Of a stretch of DNA of 64,000 nt, positions 22,113 through 30,513 are shown one piece after another (position 1 is the stretch's first letter; the number at the start of each line of letters is the position of its first letter). The position numbers and the translations under genes are program-made. The notes beneath the pieces are model-generated. The model saw only the letters and a program-made list of their open reading frames with translations, did not search any database and was not told the DNA's origin. The DNA is from Chrysochromulina tobinii (taxonomy: Eukaryota), in assembly GCA_001275005.1 (NCBI GenBank), contig JWZX01003364.1, forward strand, positions 1 through 64,000, read 5' to 3'.

Positions 22113-24487
22113 ATGGCAGAAACCAGCCCCGTCGCGCAGCCGTTTGCCGACGACGTGACCGTCGAGGAGCTTGCAGCACGGCCGAAGCAGCCGAGGGCGC
22201 CGCGCAAAGAGTCGAGCGAGGACGCGTACGCAACCTCGGCGAACAAATGGTGGCCGAAGTTCCTTAAAGCGGCCGGCTGGGATGGCACTGAGAAGGGCGT
22301 CTTCATTGGCGCCGCGGGCGACCCGATCGACGGCACCTTCCGCCAGCTGTTCATCTGGCTCTACGAGCAGGACGGCATGACCAAGAGCATCTACAAGACG
22401 ATGCTCGCGTGGGCACAAGCAAGGCTCAACAAGCAGCGTGCGGATCGTCTGCTGGCTCCGATGCCCGAATACGTGTGCAACCTGCCGGGTGTCAAGGAGC
22501 GCAAGCAGGAGCTCTACACCGGCGCGCGCGAGTCGCACATGGAGCACATGACCGACCTCCAAGCGGCCATCGAGGCGGACATCGGCTTCGATTTGATGAT
22601 CGAGATGGTCGAGCTGTGCTTGAACTGCGCGGTAAGAGTGTGCCAGATTACCTCTGATGATCTCTCTCTGACGAGCTCCGACCCCCTCTGATTGCCTCTG
22701 ATGATCTCTGATGACCTCTGATGACCACGGATGACCTCTGATGATAGCCTCTGATGACCACTGATGACCTCTGATGTACCTCTGATGGCCTCTGATTGCC
22801 TTCTGATGACCTCGGATGACATCCCTCATTCAGGTGACCGAACACCTCGCCGCTCTTCAGCTTGCAGATCCTCTTTAGAGCTCCGCGCCACCCACCAGCA
22901 GGGCGCCCGGCACGACGACCTTCGCGACGAGGTCTTCGCGTTCATGTTCTCGCGCATCACCAAGACAGTCGGCTCGTCCGGCATGCCAATGCTCGCGAAC
23001 GTGACCGACGGCGGGAAGACGAACCAAAACGGCCGGATCTCCTACTCAGCCTTGCTCCCGCACCGCAACCCGGTGCTGTGCACGATCTTCGCGAAGGGCG
23101 CGCTCTTCTTGCACCGTTTCCTGATCATGAAGGTCACGTTCCCCGATCTCCTCGAGCCGAAGGATATCTTCAAACGCCCGACGCTCCGTCAGGGCCACGA
23201 CGAGATGCACGGCGTCTCGTACGACTCCTCCTACAGCATCATGAAGCGCCTCTACGAGGCTGTAGGCGCAGTGCCCACCAAGTGCTTGCACCAGGGCCGA
23301 GGCGAGTGCCAACGAGTCCTCGACGATCTCGGTGTCGACCTCGACCAGATTCGGCGGTTGTGCAAGTACGTGCACGACGAGCAGACGGAGTCGTACCTCC
23401 TCAACCCGCCGATGTCGGCGCTGCTCGCGGCCGCCGGCTTCGACCATCAAGCCCCTCGGGCTGCGCACGCCGCGCACCTGAGCATTCGAGTCACAGAGGA
23501 GCTCGTCACCGCACTGCTGCCCCAGCTCATCGCGGCACAGGCACAGGTCGAGGCCCAGTTCAAGACCGTGACCACTGGTGCAGAGGCGAAGGCGAAGCGC
23601 CTCTTCTGTGCACGCGGCTGCGGGCGGGCACTGCGGCTGATCGTCGAGGTCTTCATTGCATGCTCGGCGGCACGGGCGCGTACGGAGGACGGCCACATCC
23701 GAATGGACACCGAGCCCATCTACAAGAGATTCTTCGCCAAGAACCGCTTGTTCCAGCTGCCCTTCTTCTCGAGCCAGGTCTTCCTTGACTTTGCTGGGCT
23801 GGTCGCTGCAGCTGAGGTGCGCGAGCACGCTGGGGCAGTAGAGCCAGATGCAGAAGAGGCTGCTGGGCTCGGGATGTCGCCCGTCGCCGCACGGCTCGAC
23901 ATCGTGATTTCACGCAGGCTGGCCCCTCTCCAAGCCGATATTCAGGCACTCCTCGGCACCGTCAGCCAGGCTGGCCCAGCCACAGCCGCGCAGGCAGTGA
24001 TGCCGCTGCCTTCTCTCGAGCCCAAACGGAAGCGGAAGACCGCCGAGGAGAGCGCAGCTGCTCAGGCGGCCAAGCGCGGTCCGGCGGGCATCCCCACGTA
24101 CGTGCTCGCGCCAAACAAGGAGACCGTCGCGCGCCTCTGGGAGGAGTACACGACGGGCTTGAACGGTGGGCCTGCCGTTCGCGACCTGGTTCGCGACCAC
24201 GGGCAGGAAGTGGCGCCCGCCTGGGGGATGCCGGCCGCGCGCTCTGGAGGTGGCACTCATATGTATATGAGGAGATCGAGCGTCGCATGAAGGCCGGGGA
24301 GTCTGAGGTAGACGCACTAGCAGCGGTGCAGGCGCGGCTTGATTTGCTTGCTAAGCCCAAGCGCGCCGCAGGGAGAGGTAAGCCAGCCAGCCCTGCCAAC
24401 TGGAAGGGACTCGTTAGGGAGCTGCATGCAGCGCATCCGCGTCGTGTCGAGGACGAGCGTGTCGAGGACGAGGAGGCCGATGTGTGA
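22113..24487 (+). CDS. CryptonF-type tyrosine recombinase (NDC10-II-like) with C-terminal GCR1_C DNA-binding domain; intron 22632-22833; about four 1-nt frameshifts
   Basis: QGARHDDL (catalytic R), GGKTNQNGRISYSALLPHRNPVLC (K), KCLHQGR (HxxR), QTESYLLNPP (Y) and FQLPFFSS. GCR1_C-like TVARLWEEYTTGLNGGPAVRDLVRDHGRKWR. Extra bases at ~22837, ~22876, ~24203 and ~24225. Confidence 0.85.
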
Positions 24488-24693
24488 CGAGGAGGCTGAT
24501 CTGTATCTCAGTTTTTCCGCAATCTGATAGCCGCGTGTGCGAATGGTAGTAAGGGTGAGTAGTCTAGGGAATATCAACGAATATCAAAAGCGTTATTCAT
24601 TCGCATACGGGATAGGGATACGCCATAAATTTACACGAGCCGCTGCAGATGATAATCGACAGCCGCAGTCATGCTCGTGAATCATTAAGCTTT

Positions 24694-25354
24694 TCAATAC
24701 GCGACTACAGGGTCACAAGCAGAGCCACCTATATGCGCGCGCACTACCTTACAGAATTCGTCGAGCGAGCGCACTACCTCCGTGCGCCAGCCCTTGAGCC
24801 GTGCGCGTGCAAGCCACGCCACCTGCGAGTGCAGCAGGCCGTTGCCGCCGACCTTGAGCTCCACGGCGAGGCCGTGCGTGCCATCGGCGCCCGCCTCGAG
24901 GACGAGCAGGTCGGCACGGCCGGGCCTGCAGCCGCGGGCCTTGTGAGCACCCTTCATGAAGGCGGCGCCGCCGGGCGAGCCGTCGACGAGGATGTCCGCT
25001 GCGTCGCACCATGCGACGCAGGCCACCTGCAGGCGCGTCTCCGGGTTGTCGTGCGCCTTGCCCGCGTCCGACCGCTTCTTCCGCTCCTTGTGGATCCCAT
25101 CGACATCACGTCTGCGTGAGCAAAGTCAAGTGGCGGGTCAGTCGAGGAGGGGGCGCATCACGGCGACGCATCGGCGATGTGCTCTCACCGCGCGTGCGAC
25201 TCGGTAAAACCGAGTCGCACCCAACAAAACTCGCGCGCACGCGATGGCTTACGCGCGGCGTGGTACCTCAAAGTGAGCGCAAGGGTTCAGAGGCGTGGCG
25301 GCACCTCTGTCGAAGCGGCGTGGGTGCCTCCTTCGGCGTACGAGTCGGCGGCAT
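24694..25354 (-). CDS. Stand-alone VRR-NUC (PD-(D/E)xK) nuclease, phage-like; predicted intron 25112-25304
   Basis: PETRLQVACVAW...GCRPGRADLLVL...HGLAVELKVGGNGLLHSQVAWLARARLKGWRTEVVRSLDEF matches the E..Q / G.(P)D / ExK / Q / V.RS pattern. Splicing a GT..CAG intron joins the upstream MPPTRTPKEAPTPLRQR exon in frame. Confidence 0.8.
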
Positions 25355-25589
25355 GACTGCGGCGGGTCGGCTGCTCTCAGGTACGGCCGAGCGCTGCTCC
25401 AGGCTTCTGGCACACGCCGCGCGCGCGAGCGCGGCGAGCAATTCGGCCCACGGTCACAAAACCGTGGGCGGAGAAAAAAAAACGTGTGCCAAAAAAACAA
25501 AACCTTCGTCCGTCCGAGTATTAACAGCCAGTTCGCAGAGGACGTCCTCTATACGGATACGTCGTGATTGTCTTCCTCCGCCCGCGAGC

Positions 25590-27473
25590 ATGGCCGAGCG
25601 CGGGCCGCGCTTTACGTTTGCTGAGTGCTTCTCGGGCATCGGCGGGTTCCGCATTGCGCTGGAAGCTGCAGGGGGGCAGTGCGTCTTTGCTTGCGAATAT
25701 TGTCGCTTTGCAACCGCTGCATACCAACGTCACTGGCCCGATGGCCCGAAGCCGGTGGGCGACATAAGGCGCATTGTGGCAGCGCAGGTGCCAGCACACG
25801 ATGTCCTCGCGGCCGGCTTTCCGTGCCAGAGCTTTTCGAACGCTGGTCGTGGAAAGCTCTTCGACGACCCACGCGGCCAGCTCTTCTACGAGCTCGTTCG
25901 GCTGGTGGCCGGCTGCCAACCCCGATGTGTCCTGCTCGAAAACGTGCGTGGGCTGCTGACGCGACCGGGTGCGCTCGACGAGGTTCGCCGTGCCCTCGGC
26001 GAGATTGGCTATCCACGCCTCCACGTGCGGCTCCTGGACGCCGCGCTGCTCGTGCCGCAGCGACGGCGGCGGCTCTTCATCGTCGGCTTCCGGGACGACG
26101 TTTGCTCCGGACGACGCCATTTCGCCTGGCCACTGCTCCCATCGCTGCGGCGCACGGCGGAGGAGATTCTGGAGCCGGCAGCCTGCGCAGCGGCACAGCA
26201 GCTCACCCTCCCCGTAGACAAGTGGCGCAAGGTCGAGGAGTCGGCGTACTACGCCAAGTTCCCCGCCGCACGCTTGTTGACTCGAGGCTCCCTTGCGCAG
26301 ACGCTCCAGACAACGTACAAGGGAGGGTGCCTCTTGTACTCTCAATTTGTGCCGCAGGAGGCGATGCCTGAGGAGGCGATTCCGCCCTCATCATCGGACG
26401 CTGAGCGTGTGCCATCGAGCGATCGTGCGCATCTCGAGCAATCTCGATCCATCACGAGCCCAATCTCGAGCCCAATCTCAGGCGATCCTCTGCCGCCATC
26501 ATCCTCCAAGCTGCCCTGCACCGTACCACCCCAGCCATGCACCGCACCACATTCGCGCTCCACCGCACCACCTCCATCAACAAGCGAGATTGTAGCCGAG
26601 GTGTCCACCTCCACCGCACCACCACCTCCGCGCTTCTTCACACCTCTACTTCACACCGCACCACCTCCGCGCTTCTTTTCTCCCCGGGAGTGTGCTCGCC
26701 TGATGGGCTTCCCCGAGGTCTTCCCCCTACCGCAGGCCGAGGGAGTCGGGTATCGGTTGCTAGGGAACGCCGTGTGCCCTCCGCTAGTGGGCGCCATCGC
26801 TGCCGCGATTGCGCGTGCACTCGACGCCGATGCCGACTACGCGCCCTCCACCTCCAGCAGCAGCATCGCCGATAGGGGTGATGCAGCTAGCCCCGAAGCC
26901 CTCTCCATCACAGAGGATGCTGGCGATGCTGCCAACCCCGAAGCCATCGCCGTTGCAATGCAACTCGCCCTCAACGCCTCTCCATCGGATCGCTTGCCCG
27001 TTGCATGCTGGCTTCCACAGACGGCCGTGCAGGCACTCGGCCTACCGGTCTCGCCCATGTGCCTTTGCCAAGCCGATCCGCCTTTGAACAGCCACGTGGA
27101 GGGCCACGTGGAGGGTTGCAGTCCAAGTACGGGCATGCGAACGCGCTGCGATGAGCACTTGCATGCAAGGCAGGTCACCAGTGGCAGTCCAAGTACGGGT
27201 TCACCCTTCGGTGAGCCGTGCCGCCTCGCCGGCGGTGCGTACCACGAGCCGCTCGATACGGCGCTTCTGGGACCCTTTCCAATATCGTTGGTTGTGCTGG
27301 CGGCGCAGCAGCACAGCCAGCGGCCGGTCCCTACCAAGGTGTGGCAGCGCGATGCGCGATGCCCGGTACAGACGCTGCCGTCGCCCACCAGCGCCATGAA
27401 AGCTCACGTGGCGACCGCTTACATGAGACGGTACACGTACAGCATGCAATTGAGGGCGCACGGGTATTGGTAA
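25590..27473 (+). CDS. C5-cytosine DNA methyltransferase, bacterial Dcm/HhaI-like, apparently intronless
   Basis: Motif I FSGIGG, IV GFPCQSFS, VI LLENVRG, VIII PQRRRRLFIVG, IX RECARLMGFP and X LLGNAV. There are no eukaryotic DNMT1/3 accessory domains. Confidence 0.93.
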   Translation: MAERGPRFTFAECFSGIGGFRIALEAAGGQCVFACEYCRFATAAYQRHWPDGPKPVGDIRRIVAAQVPAHDVLAAGFPCQSFSNAGRGKLFDDPRGQLFYELVRLVAGCQPRCVLLENVRGLLTRPGALDEVRRALGEIGYPRLHVRLLDAALLVPQRRRRLFIVGFRDDVCSGRRHFAWPLLPSLRRTAEEILEPAACAAAQQLTLPVDKWRKVEESAYYAKFPAARLLTRGSLAQTLQTTYKGGCLLYSQFVPQEAMPEEAIPPSSSDAERVPSSDRAHLEQSRSITSPISSPISGDPLPPSSSKLPCTVPPQPCTAPHSRSTAPPPSTSEIVAEVSTSTAPPPPRFFTPLLHTAPPPRFFSPRECARLMGFPEVFPLPQAEGVGYRLLGNAVCPPLVGAIAAAIARALDADADYAPSTSSSSIADRGDAASPEALSITEDAGDAANPEAIAVAMQLALNASPSDRLPVACWLPQTAVQALGLPVSPMCLCQADPPLNSHVEGHVEGCSPSTGMRTRCDEHLHARQVTSGSPSTGSPFGEPCRLAGGAYHEPLDTALLGPFPISLVVLAAQQHSQRPVPTKVWQRDARCPVQTLPSPTSAMKAHVATAYMRRYTYSMQLRAHGYW

Positions 27474-27657
27474 AGCCAAACTCGCTGCATGGATTGTCAT
27501 AAAGTTCAAGTTACTAAAGAAACAACAGACAACCTAATTGAAGCGCGTCGAATGAAGTTCAAGTTCAAAGAGAAAACATGGTTTGAACTTCGAAAGTCGT
27601 ACCGGTAAACAGTGTTCCGACGACTTCTGAAACAGAAGCGCGTCGTGACCGGACGAG

Positions 27658-29043
27658 ATGATGCTAAGCAAGCGCCTCTCGACGCCGCTCGCGAGCGCGG
27701 AAGTCTTCTTCGACGCCTCTCGGGCAACGCCGCAGGACGTCTCCTGGCGCGGCCAGCGGCTGCTCAAGCAGCGCAGTCCGAGGCTGCTGGCGCTACCAAG
27801 CGGGCCGCCGCATGCCTCGCAGGCGCTCGTCGCGGAGCTCGACAAGCGCACAGAGGACGAGATCATGCAGGCGCTCCTCGACAACGACCTCAACACGACC
27901 ACGTTCATCGACTACCTGCAGCAGTCGGCGCTCGGCTCGCCCGCGCGCCTGCTGCCGTGGCTGCAGACACTCGCGGCGCTCACCTCTAAAGTAGGGCTGC
28001 TGCTCGAGTCGACACGCTTCCTATGCAGCGACCTGCAGCTCGCGCGTATCCTGCTGCACATGCAGCTATCCGCCAAGTCGATCTGCGGCGCCAAGCGCGC
28101 CGCCACCTTCCTTGTGCAGCACGAGACGGGCACGCTGCACCGGGTGGGAGATCGCGGCGAGATCCTTAAGCGGCACGAGGGCGGCGTGCCCGAGCCCATC
28201 TCCACAGGCACCTCTTTTGCCGCCCATTGCGCGCGCTCACGCCACCCGCTGCTCATCGGGGTGCCTGGCTCGGCCGAGCGCGCCTCGCTTGGCTTCAACG
28301 TCGACTCGGGCACGGGCTCGCGTCCGGAGACGTCGTTATGCGTCCCATGCTTGGATCATGTGGGGAGAGTGCTCGCGGTGATCCAGGTGATGGCCGCTGA
28401 TGGCCTCTGACGACACCCTTGATTGCCTCCATCATCATGTGGGGAGAGTGCTCGCGGTGATCCAGGTGATGGCCGCTGATGGCCTCTGACGACACCCTTG
28501 ATTGCCTCCATCATCATGTGGGAAGAGTGCTCGCGGTGATCCAGGTGATGGCCGCTGATGACCACTGATTGCCTCGAAGTATCCTAGAGTGCCTCTGATT
28601 GTATCGGGGTGTCCTAGAGTGCCTCTGATTGCCTCGAAGTGCCTCGAAGTGCCTGTGGGAATGCCTCGGACTGCCCTTCACAGTGCCTCGGACTGCCCTT
28701 CACAGTGCCTCGGACTGCCCTTCACAGTGCCTCGGAGCGCCCGAGAGCGTGCAGCTCACTCACGCACTCGCTGCTCACGCTGCTACAGGTGAATGACAAG
28801 CTGCATGGGATGGGTAGTTTCGGGCGTGACGATCTCGCTCTCCTCCAACGGTTTGCTGTCCAATGTGGGATTTCGCTGCGGAATGCGGGCAGCAGTGCTT
28901 CCTTCCAGTCGGCGTCCCCCACAGTTGGCCCGTTCACAGTTGGCCCGTCCTTCACAGTTGGCCCGTCGGCTTCCACAGCAGTGCTTCCTTCCACAGTTGG
29001 CCCGTCGGGCGCCGTCCTCTCCCCACAATTCGGTCCGAAGAGT

Positions 29044-29079
<36 letters not shown>

Positions 29080-29989
29080 TCACAAGACCGCGCGGGACGC
29101 AGCAGCAGCCCCAAAAATTCCCACAGCCCAGAGGCTCCACTAGGCTCGTCTCGCCGGTCGCGTCACAAGCAGCGCACTGAGGACGTGGGGCTTCAGTGCA
29201 ATCTCCTCAACGCGCCGCCGCTGAACAAGCTCAAGAAGGACCACGAGTTGACGAAGCACGAGCGACGGCCCGGCGGCGGCGGCGCAAATGACGGGGCTAG
29301 CGCTAATGACGGGGCTAATGACGCGGATGACGGGGCTAATGACGCGGCCACACACCTCGTCGTCCACCAACGGTATCAGGAATCCGTCTCCGCGGCCGCT
29401 GATTGCCGCTGATTGCCTCTGACGACACCCTTGATTGCCTCCATCATCAGGTATCAGGAATCCGTCTCCGCGGCCGCTGATTGCCGCTGATTGCCTCTGA
29501 CGACACCCTTGATTGCATCCATCATCAGGTATCAGGAATCCGTCTCCGCGGCCGCGGCGAGAGCACAGGCGAGCGTCCTGGACGCTCATCACGGCGCTCA
29601 CGCCCACAACGACGCGCGCGCGCGGCCTCTAGACGTATCGAGGATGTCGGGGGATCGGGGGGTCGCGATGACGCCTCGGGCAGCTCGCTTGATTGAGGAC
29701 AGCATGCCTTCCGACCCCGCAGGAAGGCATGGCTTCTGTGCCGCACGAGCCACCGCCGAGGACGCCGCACGCGCCGCGACCGCAGCTCCTGTGGACGCCG
29801 CAAATGCCGCCGCCGTCGCCGCCACGGACGCCATCGACGAATCTCACGGCCGGAGATCGGCACGGAGATCGCAGGGAGGTGTCGAGGCGTGCAGGGCACG
29901 GGACGGGCGGCTCGCCGGGACGGCGCGACCCCGACGATCCCGATCACGATGCCGCCATGTCGGTGGTCGGGAAGGCTAGTTACACGTGA
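27658..29989 (+). CDS. GAF-domain protein, multi-exon; 3' end uncertain
   Basis: ICGAKRAATFLVQ...FAAHCARSRHPLLI...DSGTGSRPETSLCVPCLDHVGRVLAVIQ|VNDKL..SFGRDDLALLQRFAVQCGISLRNA. Introns at ~28387-28788 and ~29373-29528. Confidence 0.75.
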
Positions 29990-30513
29990 AGCGCAGCGGC
30001 GAGACTGACCGGTGACGGGTCGAGGGCCGTACGGCGCGCGATCTGGCCTCGGAGCTGCGGTCGCAGCGGTCGCGGCGCGACGAGCACGAAGCGCGAGGCG
30101 AGTCCGGCGTTCGTGTGAATCTGCAATCTGAATCTCTCGGCGCTTCTCGCGACCGCGTGCGCGTCCCGGCACGCGTTGTTTGATGTTTCATCATTCCCCC
30201 TGGGCCAAAGAGGCTCATCCGCGGCTCCCCTTGACCGCCCGGTATGAACAGTACTTAGTTCTGAACCAGAAAGGCAAGTTTCATCGTCAGTGCACCTTAG
30301 GAAAAGGGTCATAAGAAGATGTTACGTTAGTGTGGGTGTCTGAAGACTGAACGTCGAGAACTCGAGATCAACACACTCTCTCAGTTCCGACCACACGACT
30401 ACACCTCAACGAACTCCAGATATACTGGAGGCCCACGCCCCTCCTCAATACCTATTCCTGCGTGCCCACCAAGTGGGGAGCGAGAGTATGAACAGCCTTT
30501 TCACAGTCAATCC

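Larger units (their letters stand above)
22008..25469. mobile_element. Putative CryptonF-like DNA transposon carrying a tyrosine recombinase and a VRR-NUC nuclease; boundaries inferred
   Basis: Convergent YR and VRR-NUC genes are bracketed by TCACAAAACC at 22008-22017 and 25454-25463. The right copy overlaps the perfect inverted repeat GCCCACGGT-CACAAA-ACCGTGGGC (25446-25469). Confidence 0.5.

Noticed and set aside
20915..24230. Single-base frameshifts in the EF-hand and YR genes as programmed frameshifting or proof of pseudogenisation
   Set aside because: They are scattered 1-nt insertions, some in G runs, without slippery-site or pseudoknot signals. Sequencing error cannot be excluded without reads.
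25011..25589. N-terminal ~190 aa of the 820-aa ORF as part of the methyltransferase
   Set aside because: It overlaps the antisense VRR-NUC gene and an A-rich promoter-like tract. The ATG at 25590 directly precedes motif I.
28355..28590. Repeat-spacer-like 79-bp periodicity
   Set aside because: The whole unit is repeated, so there are no unique spacers. It is an amplified splice junction.
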